Source: a bacterium
GTDB taxonomy: Bacteria > Patescibacteriota > CG2-30-54-11
NCBI GenBank assembly: GCA_029573015.1
Contig: JAKQHK010000101.1
Coordinates: forward strand, 1 to 43,487
Reading direction: 5' to 3'
Length of the DNA stretch: 43,487 nucleotides
Position 1 is the stretch's first letter, and the number at the start of each line of letters is the position of its first letter. This document shows, in pieces, positions 9,401 through 18,021 of this stretch. The notes under the pieces are model-generated. The model was not told where the DNA came from. It ran no database searches and worked only from the letters and a program-made list of their open reading frames with translations. The translations under genes and the position numbers were made by a program.

Positions 9401-12047
9401 CCGGCATTCCTACCTGCACACTGTTCGAATAATACCCACTGTTCCACCGATCCATGCCAGTACCTAAATCCCAGCTACCTCCCTGTGGAACAACATGACC
9501 GTAGGAATACGTGTAATTGCTACTCGGCCATAATTCAACATCATATCCACCCATCGTACCAAGTATAATATCCATACCGATACTGCCAACAGCTCCGGGA
9601 ACGATACCACTGATTGTCCCGCTCCCATTAATATCACCAACTGCAACCCCCTGACTGAAAAATCCAGCCATCCAGCGATTATTCGGATCACCAAGTAAAT
9701 ACATATCGTCAACGCCAGGGAATAGGTTATCATCAATAATTACGTCGCCGATAGAATTATATATTCTATCCTGAGCATCTATGTCATCATAATAATGTTC
9801 TGGACTGCTGTGGAATGACTCTCCGTAAACATATAAGTCATTGTGCACAATAGTGTCACCAGCCGCATCAACCTCAAACCAATCTGTACCGCTGCCATAA
9901 TGCTCTACCAGGAAGCCATCATTGTCAGCCACGATGAGCTGCTGCCCGGGAGCGGTTGATCCGCTACCGATAGAGACCGGAACGAGCAGGCGGTCGTCAA
10001 CGAGCACGTGGCCGTTATTTGCCGTACCAAGATTAACAATCCGATCCTGCGCATCGATATCATCATAATAGTGCTCTGGTCCATAGTGTTCTGACTCAGC
10101 ATACACGGTTAGATACTCAGTATAGACATTACCGGTATACACATTGTTCCATCTGCTCCATGGCTTGCCAAGATCATAGGTTAAGTCCATGGTGGGAATA
10201 ATATCCGCGGCTGATCGTACTTTTTCATTGCCGGGCCGCAATACGACATTATGCTCTGGTGCCAGGACGATATTGTAATTTCCGCCGCCGTCTGTCACCA
10301 GTCGCATATCCTGCCCTACAGTCCTCAAACCATTGTCCCGAAGGACAGTTTGCAGTCCGGCTACTCCTACCCGAACGGTATCAGAGAAAAATCCGTCACT
10401 CCAGCGGTAGTTCGGCAAGCCGATGGAATACATGCCATTGGACTCAGGCACGAGGTCAGTGGCAAATCTGCCGTTGGCATAGAGCAGATCGCTCGTGTCA
10501 TCCCCGAGATAGACATATCCGTTCAGATAGGTATCACCGTCAACCGTTATGTCGCCTAGATTATAGTAATTCCCATAATTAGTGGTAACAACATCGGGAA
10601 AGAAATCAATAGCTCCCCAAAGTGCCACATCTTTGCCATAGTCACCAATATCTGCATCACCGTAGTGATCAATATAGCTGTATTCATTGCCATAAAACAA
10701 TGCTGTAAAAGTATCCGTCCCAATCAGATTGATGCTGTCATAGTAATACTCAGGCCCGTAGTGGTAGGACTCGCCATCAACTGCGAGATTACCATCGATC
10801 CAGACATCCCCGGTTACCTCCAGGTTGTCATCCACAACCACAATGTCAGTTATGGAATTAGTAATGGTTGTCTGGGCATCCAGACCGCCATGTACGATTG
10901 CATCCGCGGCGACCTCCAGGCTGTCATCCACGACGACCATACCGGTGTCTGAATTAACGATTGTACCCTGCGCATCAATGATGTCGTAAAAATGCTCCGG
11001 ACCGTTATGGAATGACTCGGTATTCACGGTCAGAGTGTCCACAGTCAGGTCAGTAGCAATGATGGTATCAACGTAAATATTAGCCCATTCATTACCGAGC
11101 GCACCAAGGTCATAGGTGCTGTCTGCGGTTGGCTGGATATTTGCTCCAAACAGATTGCCATTCTCATCCACGAGGAATGAGCTGGCGCCGCTCGTGTCGC
11201 GCACGTCAATAGCCGTATCGCCGTCAGCTACTGGTTCCAGTAACATGTCGGTAGCATTAACGCCTGCGGTTACATACAGCCCGCCGATCACTCCGACCGT
11301 CTCTCCATTGGGTCCGATACCGGTTTCGTCGACGTAGAGCGTGCCATCAGCCGCGAGCGTGCCGGTGGTGGTATCGTCTACGGTCAGATCAGTATAGGGA
11401 TTAATCTTATCGCCGGTGACCGAACCGTCCTGAATGGCAAAGGTGCCGACGGCATCCTCGGACAGCTGGTCACTCGTGATGGCATGCGGGGTGATGTACT
11501 CGGTTCCGACTGCCCAGATACGCATATCATGCCAGTTGACATCCCCTTCCTTGATCTGCAACGTGCCGATTGATTCAGGACCTGCACCGACAGTATTGGT
11601 AACGTAGGTTGTCGGATTCGTGACCACGGTTGTACCAGTGCCGGTTGTACCGGTGCCAGTGGTACCAGTGGTGTTACCCACCTCGCTGACCCGGGATTCC
11701 AGTTCATCCACCCTGTCGGTCAGGTCAGTAATGGTTGCCGAGCTTCCTGCATCCACGACGAGATTGGCACCCTCGGCTGTATCAGAAACACCGAGAACCT
11801 GCCCCCCCATCTTCTTACCTTCTTCACCGGGATACAGAACCGCCCCGAATACGGTATCATTTCCGCTAAACTTGATCCCTACTGCCAGTTCATCATCCAG
11901 CTGGTCAACCCCGACTGCCTGCGCTTCGATCTGGTCTCCCTTGATCGTCTGCGAACCGCTGTAGGCGACATAGCCGAGCACGCCTGACAGGATCGCGAGA
12001 ACCCCAAAGACTGCAACTGCGACCTTCAGTCCTTGTTGGTCTTTCAT
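6477..12047 (-). CDS. Giant (~1,856 aa) membrane-anchored, repetitive beta-rich surface/fibre-like protein
   Basis: Long uninterrupted ORF; AGGGAG RBS favours ATG at 12047. It has an N-terminal TM, recurring YDLG....W..(I/V)Y, ES.H.GPE.YYD.IDAQ and V.DRL.V..SIGSG modules, and a C-terminal domain (V.YP.AF...P.I.AT) resembling tail-fibre/H-lectin ends. Confidence 0.85.
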   Translation of the reverse strand: MKDQQGLKVAVAVFGVLAILSGVLGYVAYSGSQTIKGDQIEAQAVGVDQLDDELAVGIKFSGNDTVFGAVLYPGEEGKKMGGQVLGVSDTAEGANLVVDAGSSATITDLTDRVDELESRVSEVGNTTGTTGTGTTGTGTTVVTNPTTYVTNTVGAGPESIGTLQIKEGDVNWHDMRIWAVGTEYITPHAITSDQLSEDAVGTFAIQDGSVTGDKINPYTDLTVDDTTTGTLAADGTLYVDETGIGPNGETVGVIGGLYVTAGVNATDMLLEPVADGDTAIDVRDTSGASSFLVDENGNLFGANIQPTADSTYDLGALGNEWANIYVDTIIATDLTVDTLTVNTESFHNGPEHFYDIIDAQGTIVNSDTGMVVVDDSLEVAADAIVHGGLDAQTTITNSITDIVVVDDNLEVTGDVWIDGNLAVDGESYHYGPEYYYDSINLIGTDTFTALFYGNEYSYIDHYGDADIGDYGKDVALWGAIDFFPDVVTTNYGNYYNLGDITVDGDTYLNGYVYLGDDTSDLLYANGRFATDLVPESNGMYSIGLPNYRWSDGFFSDTVRVGVAGLQTVLRDNGLRTVGQDMRLVTDGGGNYNIVLAPEHNVVLRPGNEKVRSAADIIPTMDLTYDLGKPWSRWNNVYTGNVYTEYLTVYAESEHYGPEHYYDDIDAQDRIVNLGTANNGHVLVDDRLLVPVSIGSGSTAPGQQLIVADNDGFLVEHYGSGTDWFEVDAAGDTIVHNDLYVYGESFHSSPEHYYDDIDAQDRIYNSIGDVIIDDNLFPGVDDMYLLGDPNNRWMAGFFSQGVAVGDINGSGTISGIVPGAVGSIGMDIILGTMGGYDVELWPSSNYTYSYGHVVPQGGSWDLGTGMDRWNSGYYSNSVQVGMPGNQTGVLNNAIQKVGGALTIRTTAGGGNIFLVPQTGIVDIRADVLPSTTLAYNLGSAAREWANLFVDTITATTINTDYLNVYEDTVLGTDATDTIDIQGAIYNSNPAANSGYVMVDDRLLVTDSIGSGDADPLIFGDSHGFDFRSDGNTFVTMRNGVPEAGPMASHYEVSINGDLEVTGTIDPTAIYFQPIGDGQDVIEVRDSLDTADVFLVTEDGNVYAANTIRSAVDVRADNNVRALNNVTADVNLTVGNNATISNNVSVGNTLSVSGNTLLGDALGDIVVYNARINSDVVPNAHQTFDLGAAGLEWDEIYADDFIGCLSVAVGGSTYCDDAYITGTLDVDGATTLNDVLTVQAASDFYGDMTLHGSNFFRGDVDSAIDHDGDADIGSAGKGVYLYGDVQFYPMGQPTTNNGDLDNTGNLTVDGATTLNGTVDLGDAAADTISVNGRINTNIIPTGSRNLGSGSNGWNTVYAATIMNGTASDTNYVSVNDRLHVTGSIGSGEANPLYLRDDQGIAVQDYTTETTVFAVDPLGNAASTGKHVAVIGDLYVSGSIDPTDIILTPADDAVAIQVNSVAAVPVFTVDENGDVDATDITADNMTLTGALGLANLNVTGNLDVNGATTLDGVTVDDDIATLNAGVTITGGMTVNGATTLKDGATIEDGMTVSGGATVSGNVDLNNELNVDGNTTVRSIDIQGKIVNSTGQPVTVQAGGGFEIENSGTANAVFSVDDDGNVTIAGNNISATSATISVSSIQAAGLGQFGYVSTTSTGNDNTFVGDVVVRSNVAPAGAEVLRIDQSNGSITAAGGTFTAASFINGGLSITGGNIIGAGSIGAVSLTASGAVSAGSFTTAGALSAGSITTSGALSAASITTGGALTAGSITTAGALSAGSATVGGSTVLTDADLQRGMGTCAAGTVVVNYPAAFGVAPIITATPINTVNTRVTVSGVTASQFTAYCSGDVNSSFYWMAIEP
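6711..6875 (-). repeat. Five tandem 33-bp (11-aa) coding repeats
   Basis: GAVSAGSFTTA GALSAGSITTS GALSAASITTG GALTAGSITTA GALSAGSATVG. Confidence 0.9.
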
Positions 12048-12224
12048 AGACATTCTCCCTAAAAAAGGTAGATAAGGTATTTCGGATTTTATTTTATTTT
12101 GTACGAATATATATAGAAGGCGTAACACGCCATAAAAAAGCTCTCGACCTGATCATCAGTGAGCTCGTTTATTTCCAAACTGTATCTAAATAACTTCGTC
12201 AACCTGGAAATACCCAGCGAGAGT

Positions 12225-12254
12225 ATTCTACAGGCAAAAAAAAGGCAATGTCAA
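12225..12254 (-). promoter_or_regulatory. Sigma70-type promoter of the giant gene (TTGACA-N18-TAGAAT)
   Basis: Reverse complement of attcta(12225-12230)...tgtcaa(12249-12254); the spacer contains an 8-nt homopolymer. Confidence 0.7.
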
Positions 12255-12257
12255 GCA

Positions 12258-12392
12258 TTATCCACACAGCCTGTATGTTCGCTTTTTTTTTGTGTGCATA
12301 TCGTCATATACAAAAAACAGCCAAACTGGCTGTTTTTATACGCTCCAAGGCGCTAAATCGCTCAAAACAAAGCTAAAACCCACTTATCCACA
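12258..12392 (+). promoter_or_regulatory. Two perfect DnaA-box 9-mers (TTATCCACA at 12258-12266 and 12384-12392)
   Basis: Exact match to the DnaA R-box consensus; the second overlaps the CAP gene stop. Confidence 0.45.
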
Positions 12393-13334
12393 CAGGAGAG
12401 AAGCATGATTTTCAGACGTGGAGCTCATCTGTCTCCGGGATCGCACGATAAGCATGAGGCAGAGACCCGAAGCCAGACAGGCGCTGACGCTGCAGACAAA
12501 GAATGCGAAGCTTGCCTGCCCCTCCAACCTGCTGATCTCTTTTTCTCTTATCAGTATGTCTTCCTGATTTTTTCGATAGGCAAGCAGGACGGAATCGCTA
12601 TTGGCTGTCCTTTCAGATACCGTGTTTTGTTCTGGCAACGGCTGAGCAGTATCTAGACTCCCGGTAGCCGATTGCTCCCCTGCTACTGCTTCGCCTGTAG
12701 ACGTCGAAACAGTCTGCAAGTCTTCAGTTGTTGGCGAAGCATCTGTCTGACTAATTGATTCCTGACTGCCCTGTCCGACAGCTGCCGGTAGTCCATTCTC
12801 CGGCAAACCCATAAAAACTGCCACGAGTGTGGTTTCCCTTCCTTCAAACTCCCCTCTCGCTACCCCTACCCCTATCTCAGTATAAAATGTGTCCAGGATA
12901 TTGGCACGGTGGCTTCCGCTTGCCAGCCACGCTTCATGCATGGACAGGCAGTCATCGAAATCAATCGCCAGATTTTCCCCGGCTTTTACATATTCATACT
13001 GAGCCTCTGCAAAAAAAGACCAGGGAGTAGCACCGTCCGGAGCGGTATGCGCGAAATAGGCATGACGGAGCATATGGTCAGCCTTGGCCTGTGCTGCAGC
13101 ATCCAGCGTTGGGTTCTCGGTCAGAGGTGAAAGTCCGTTATCCCGCCGCGAGAGGTTGGTCAGGGAGATGATGTTTCCGCTGCTGATCGCCAGGGTTGAA
13201 CCGTCAGTCGACTCTGTAGCAGCATAGGTTTCGGGTGAATTGAACGACACCGCCCCGAGGGCGCTGCCCACAAGCATGATGCAGAGAAACAGGAGAACAG
13301 GATATCTATGAGTACGTTTTACCCAAATCGGCAT
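12384..13334 (-). CDS. CAP (SCP-like) domain membrane-anchored protein
   Basis: TN..R...GL.PL..N..L..AAQ.KA..M....YFAH, AGENLA, W..S..HRANIL...Y.EIGVG; signal peptide and C-terminal TM. Confidence 0.92.
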   Translation of the reverse strand: MPIWVKRTHRYPVLLFLCIMLVGSALGAVSFNSPETYAATESTDGSTLAISSGNIISLTNLSRRDNGLSPLTENPTLDAAAQAKADHMLRHAYFAHTAPDGATPWSFFAEAQYEYVKAGENLAIDFDDCLSMHEAWLASGSHRANILDTFYTEIGVGVARGEFEGRETTLVAVFMGLPENGLPAAVGQGSQESISQTDASPTTEDLQTVSTSTGEAVAGEQSATGSLDTAQPLPEQNTVSERTANSDSVLLAYRKNQEDILIREKEISRLEGQASFAFFVCSVSACLASGLCLMLIVRSRRQMSSTSENHASLLCG

Positions 13335-13490
13335 TTTTTGTTTTTGTTTTGTTAACTTCTAATTATTCTAGTATACCTGTTTTCAGCAATCCTGTGAAGG
13401 GTTTTATATCAAAAAAGCCATCCTGTACCACAAAATGGCTCATCTGTCCGATTCGATCCGGTTTAACACCGGAAAAAAGCTGTCGAACTG

Positions 13491-15530
13491 CTAAATGTTT
13501 GATTTATGCAAAGAATAGGCATCTCCCTGCCGGTCAATACGCAAGATCACCTCGCGATCGCTGGGCTGCACATACTCCTGCAGGACGACACCCAGGGATT
13601 CCTGCCTAACGGTCATATCTTCCAGCCATTCCGGCATAAGCGTCAGAATGCTCCCATCGGTAAGCAGCAAATCAAAACGCTCCTCCCCTGCATAGGGTAA
13701 AATAGCCCAGTTAGTCCGGTCGATGAACATCGACCGGCTGAAATCCCGGCGGTACCTGCCTGCCAGATGCGCCCCCAGCTCGAGGAGCCAATCGTTATGG
13801 TTGAGTTTGTGGGAAGACAAGGCAGTGTGCCAGCCGCGCCAGGACGAGGATATCTGACGGACATTCGGCGTGACCCGGATGAAAAACACCGCTGACTCAC
13901 CGGGCTGTAAATGTTCAATATTTTTCAGAATGCGAGCTGCATCTGTTGACTCTGCTGCATCAGCGATGCGCACATCATAAATTGCCTGATACTCATCCTG
14001 TACCGCCAGATCTATGCGGGCATCACGCAGGCTGGGCGCAAGCGATGACTCGGGAAAAAGCCCATATTCCGCCCGGTCCACCTGCCAGAACATCCCGTCG
14101 TACTTGTAATTACTGTAAAAAATCGCCCCGGTGGTCACATAGGTCGTGATCCCCTGCTCGTTAAGTTGCTTCATATTCGGAATACAGCTGAAACTAGTCG
14201 CCCAGCATGACTGTTCAAGCGTTGTCAGCTCGCCGTGATAGCCGTACCACCCCACGCTATAGGCATCCTGTATATGCATCAGATAATTCCCCTGTTTCAA
14301 AGCAGCTTCGCTGCGTTTCATAGTCTGGTGCGGGAATTCGTGCGCCTGCATATACAAAACCGGCCAGAGACCGTACTGCATCAGATATACTGCCAATCCC
14401 ATAGCAAAAAGCTTGAAAAGCACTTTGCGCTTCAAAAAAAGTTCAACGATCGCATAACCAATAAGCATCCAACACAAAAGCCCCCAGAGCGACAGGGTGC
14501 GCCCGTAGAAGCTTCCATAATTGTAGAGGATGGACGGATAAAACAGCGCGCAGATGCTGAATCCAAAGGTAATCCCCAACCACCTGTCTTTTTTAATAAG
14601 CAGGATAATCGAAATCGGCATGAGGGCTATACCAAGCGATGACAGCTGGGTCAGGACAAACCGCATCATGATGCCGATATTAAAAATCTCTCGAAAATCA
14701 CGAGCGTTATTAAAAAATAAGTACTGCAGTGCAGAAGCAACGGTAAAATCATACCCATTGGGCCAGCGGTCCTGAATCATGACCAAAACATAGGCAATAA
14801 TGCTCATGAGCGGACCGATACTGAATAGCGCCAAAGACCGCGCTGTTACAGACAAAACAGCGATTGGTTGGCGTAGTAACGACTCATAGCGCTTCCGGTC
14901 GCGCAGGAGCGCCAAAGCAATCAACGCCAGATACATGGGTGTCCAGAGCACTAGCTGGGTATGCCCCCAGAAACCATAGCCAAAAGCCAAGCCTGCCCAA
15001 AAAAAATCCCTCTGCCGGGGGTGCTGCGGTAGTTTTAACAGCGCCTGCTGGAAGAAAAAAAGCGACAGCACAAAGAAAAACGTATAATGCGTATCATTGG
15101 CAGCCGATATGTTCAGGATGAAAAAAGTCGGGTACCAAGAGGCTAGCAGGGCCATAAACCATGCTTGCGCCACTCCGACATACATGCTGAATATCCTGGC
15201 CAACAGCACGAACGTCATCCCGCCCAGCACCGCGTTGCTGAGCACGATCGTCATCGCATCGGAGATCGGATACGCCAGCTGAATGGTGTGCCTGAGTATG
15301 TAATTGGTAAAAATAAACGCCGGATGGAACGGGGCATGCCCGGATGACAGCGCCTTGCCTAATGGCTCGAATCCGACTCGGATAAGATACTGGCTGGTAT
15401 CATAAAAAATATCCTGCGGAATTACGAGCAGCAGCCGCGGGAGCGTAACCGCACAACCGAAAAATATGTACGGATGTCGGATTACTGCCCGTTTTACTCT
15501 TTCAAGCCATGTTTTGAAAAAAGCCGGCAT
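13491..15530 (-). CDS. Multi-pass membrane protein, probable GT-C (PMT/ArnT-like) glycosyltransferase
   Basis: About 11 TM segments; D..QY after TM1 and an H.P.HP loop; soluble C-terminal domain. Confidence 0.65.
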   Translation of the reverse strand: MPAFFKTWLERVKRAVIRHPYIFFGCAVTLPRLLLVIPQDIFYDTSQYLIRVGFEPLGKALSSGHAPFHPAFIFTNYILRHTIQLAYPISDAMTIVLSNAVLGGMTFVLLARIFSMYVGVAQAWFMALLASWYPTFFILNISAANDTHYTFFFVLSLFFFQQALLKLPQHPRQRDFFWAGLAFGYGFWGHTQLVLWTPMYLALIALALLRDRKRYESLLRQPIAVLSVTARSLALFSIGPLMSIIAYVLVMIQDRWPNGYDFTVASALQYLFFNNARDFREIFNIGIMMRFVLTQLSSLGIALMPISIILLIKKDRWLGITFGFSICALFYPSILYNYGSFYGRTLSLWGLLCWMLIGYAIVELFLKRKVLFKLFAMGLAVYLMQYGLWPVLYMQAHEFPHQTMKRSEAALKQGNYLMHIQDAYSVGWYGYHGELTTLEQSCWATSFSCIPNMKQLNEQGITTYVTTGAIFYSNYKYDGMFWQVDRAEYGLFPESSLAPSLRDARIDLAVQDEYQAIYDVRIADAAESTDAARILKNIEHLQPGESAVFFIRVTPNVRQISSSWRGWHTALSSHKLNHNDWLLELGAHLAGRYRRDFSRSMFIDRTNWAILPYAGEERFDLLLTDGSILTLMPEWLEDMTVRQESLGVVLQEYVQPSDREVILRIDRQGDAYSLHKSNI

Positions 15531-15560
15531 TATTCGTACCTGATACCTAAAAACTCGCGT

Positions 15561-15911
15561 TTAATCATCAGCAACTTCAAATGATTTGACCGCCAGTTCA
15601 AATCCCTTTTCGATTTTCAGCTTGCGTGACCCGCACTCCGGACAGATAAACGGCGGTTCGTTCACCACCGCCGCTGTCCCGCATCCCTCGCAGGTGCCGC
15701 TCAAAGAGATAGTGGTGATCTCAAACTGCGCTCCCTCGAGCTGACTGCCCTTCGTTATCCCGGCAAAACAAAACTCCAGTGCATCCGGTACCAGCTGACG
15801 CATCTCTCCGATGTCGAGCCGAATGAGAATGACACGCGTGGTAATGGCATTTTTTTCTAGTGCTTCTGTAACGATTTTTTGGATTTCCGCCGCGATGCCC
15901 AATTCATGCAT
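15561..15911 (-). CDS. hypA: Hydrogenase nickel metallochaperone HypA
   Basis: MHE N-terminus, L.FCF, two CxxC (CEGC, CPEC), G.EL.V.. Confidence 0.95.
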   Translation of the reverse strand: MHELGIAAEIQKIVTEALEKNAITTRVILIRLDIGEMRQLVPDALEFCFAGITKGSQLEGAQFEITTISLSGTCEGCGTAAVVNEPPFICPECGSRKLKIEKGFELAVKSFEVADD

Positions 15912-15997
15912 GACCATCCTTTTCTAACGATCCTGAACGCGAAATATCGTAACAGACCAATACGCCCGAAGCAAACACGCCTTTAATGATTCTGATA

Positions 15998-16026
15998 TTG
16001 AAACCCTGCTGGGTTTGTTGTATCTT
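15998..16026 (+). promoter_or_regulatory. Putative promoter of the hydrogenase operon (TTGAAA-N17-TATCTT)
   Basis: Near-consensus -35/-10 with 17-nt spacing, 51 nt upstream of ATG 16078. Confidence 0.55.
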
Positions 16027-16035
16027 AGAACCCGA

Positions 16036-16053
16036 TTGTTAAAACCATCACAA
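16036..16053. promoter_or_regulatory. Rex-like operator TTGTTAAAACCATCACAA
   Basis: 12/14 match to TTGTGAA-N4-TTCACAA, just downstream of the putative -10. Confidence 0.55.
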
Positions 16054-16077
16054 TTAATCAATTACTGCAAAACGCGC

Positions 16078-17100
16078 ATGCCCACCTATCATCTCAGCGA
16101 AACAGAACTGTCCTCTTGGGTTAATGCCATCATGGCGACGCAACCAGTCATCGGTCCGGTTGCCAAGAAATCACGCTTTGTCTTCGACCGACTCGAGGAC
16201 AGCGCCGATCTCCGGTTGGACTACGACACCACGATCCTGCCGCCCAAAAAAGCGTTCTTCCCTCCCAAACAGGATCTGCTCCATTTTGATGCAAGCGGCG
16301 TACGCGGCGCCATCAAACCTGAGTCCAAGGTTCTGTTCGGCGTGCACCCCTATGACATCAAAGCTATCCACATGCTCGACGTGCTGTTCGCCGAAGGCCA
16401 TCCTGATCATGCCTATCTTGCCAACCGGGAAGCAACAACGATTATCGGTTCCAGCGTCCAGAATCATTACCAACATGCCTTTTTCGGTACTGCCAGCCCG
16501 AGTGTCCCGGTGCAGGGGCATGATGCCTTCCTGACCAAAATTCCGGATGGCTACACCCTCGATATCCTTAGTGAAAAAGGACGGAAACTTATCGAGGGAC
16601 AAAATTTCAAGCCAGCCAGCGCCGAACAGACTGCTGCCAGCGAAAAAGTCAACGAAGACGCCAAAGCCAATTGCCCGGAAAAATTGACGTATACGTCTGA
16701 AGAAATCAAAGCCAAGCTCAAAGCCTCCTGGGACTCCCCCCTCTGGGAGGAAGCCAGCCAGGACTGCTTTTCCTGCGGCAGCTGCAATACCACCTGCTCG
16801 ACCTGCTACTGCTTCGATGTGCAGGACACCTGGAATATCGACCAGAAGTCAGGCAAACGCTACCGCCGCTGGGATGCCTGCATGACGACAGAATTCGCCG
16901 AGGTCTCAGTTCAGGGCGGCACAGAAAACTTCCGGGAGACCAAAGCAGCCCGCTACCGTCATCGTATGATGCGCAAGGCCGCCTATCTCAATGACAAGCT
17001 CGGCGGTCCTGCTTGCGTTGGCTGCGGACGCTGCTCCGGTGCCTGCACGGCTGACATCGCCAACCCGGTCAATTTCATCGACAAGCTTATGAAAAGCTAA
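16078..17100 (+). CDS. hydB: Group 3b hydrogenase/sulfhydrogenase beta subunit (4Fe-4S)
   Basis: PPKK.FFP, CFSCGSCNTTCSTCYCFD, R.WD.C and CVGCGRC..C motifs (AsrA/HydB family). Confidence 0.92.
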   Translation: MPTYHLSETELSSWVNAIMATQPVIGPVAKKSRFVFDRLEDSADLRLDYDTTILPPKKAFFPPKQDLLHFDASGVRGAIKPESKVLFGVHPYDIKAIHMLDVLFAEGHPDHAYLANREATTIIGSSVQNHYQHAFFGTASPSVPVQGHDAFLTKIPDGYTLDILSEKGRKLIEGQNFKPASAEQTAASEKVNEDAKANCPEKLTYTSEEIKAKLKASWDSPLWEEASQDCFSCGSCNTTCSTCYCFDVQDTWNIDQKSGKRYRRWDACMTTEFAEVSVQGGTENFRETKAARYRHRMMRKAAYLNDKLGGPACVGCGRCSGACTADIANPVNFIDKLMKS

Positions 17101-17159
17101 ATTCCAAATTCTGTATTCTAGATTCTATATTCTAAATTCTAGCCCCATTCTCTGTTCTA
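17100..17159. repeat. Degenerate 7-mer tandem repeat (nATTCTn x6, plus 2)
   Basis: aattcca aattctg tattcta gattcta tattcta aattcta ... cattctc tgttcta. Confidence 0.85.
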
Positions 17160-17169
17160 AGGAGCCCTC

Positions 17170-18018
17170 ATGACCTGTTCATGCGCCACCCATACTGAAA
17201 AAAAAGATGTCGGTATGCCCCAGGAAGCCTTAGTCCTGGAAGCGAAAATGATGACTGCCACGGAAAAACATTTCACCCTCAAGCTCCGTGACGGCTCGAA
17301 GTTCGAGTATGAACCAGGCCAGATCGTGGAAGCCGGCCTGTTCGGCTACGGCGAGATCCCTCTCGGTCTGTCCAGCTCGCCGACGCAGGAGGATTCGTTC
17401 GAACTGGTAGTACGCAAGGTCGGCAAGGTTTCTAGCGCCCTGCTCAAGCTGGAAAAGGGCGACAGCATGTACATTCGCGGCCCGCTCGGTCATGGGTTCC
17501 CCATGGAGGAGCTGCGTAACAGCGATGTGCTTATCGTAGCCGGAGGCATCGGACTCTGCCCGACCCGCAGCCTTATCCGCTATATCTGCGACCGCCGCGA
17601 GGAATTCAAGAAATTTACCCTGTTTTTCGGCGCCCGTTCTCCAAAAGAACAGCTCTTTACCGACGATCTCGCCAACTGGCGCTGCTCTATGGATGTTACC
17701 TATGATGAAACTGTTGATAAAGGAGATGACAGCTGGAAAGGCAATGTCGGCGTTATCACTACCCTGTTTGCCAAACACCCTGATCTGAGTCCGGAAACCA
17801 AAGTCATCGTTTGTGGACCGCCGATCATGTACAAATTTGTCATCCGTGAACTCGACAAGATCGGCATCCCGCACGAGAATGTCTTCGTCGACCTGGAGCG
17901 TCGCATGAAGTGCGGCATGGGTAAATGCGGTCACTGCCAGATTAATGACAAATACACCTGCAAGGACGGACCAGTCTTCAGATTCTCTGAGATTGAAAAC
18001 CTTCCGGAAGCTATCTAA
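17170..18018 (+). CDS. hydG: Group 3b hydrogenase gamma subunit (FAD/NAD(P)-binding, 2Fe-2S)
   Basis: PGQ, GE.P..SSP, RGP.G.GF, AGGIG, CGPPIM and ERRMKCG.GKCGHCQ.....C.DGPVF motifs. Confidence 0.93.
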   Translation: MTCSCATHTEKKDVGMPQEALVLEAKMMTATEKHFTLKLRDGSKFEYEPGQIVEAGLFGYGEIPLGLSSSPTQEDSFELVVRKVGKVSSALLKLEKGDSMYIRGPLGHGFPMEELRNSDVLIVAGGIGLCPTRSLIRYICDRREEFKKFTLFFGARSPKEQLFTDDLANWRCSMDVTYDETVDKGDDSWKGNVGVITTLFAKHPDLSPETKVIVCGPPIMYKFVIRELDKIGIPHENVFVDLERRMKCGMGKCGHCQINDKYTCKDGPVFRFSEIENLPEAI

Positions 18019-18021
18019 TAC

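Noticed and set aside
6477-12128. Prophage tail-fibre gene
   Set aside because: It has an N-terminal membrane anchor and its own promoter, with no phage structural neighbours; better read as a cellular surface protein.
12258-12392. Replication origin
   Set aside because: Only two perfect DnaA boxes, no dnaA/dnaN nearby and no clear unwinding element; kept only as a possible regulatory site.
15978-15991. Motif cgcctt(t)aatgatt shared with about 27867-27879
   Set aside because: Short, non-palindromic and in inconsistent positions (upstream versus downstream of genes); may be chance.
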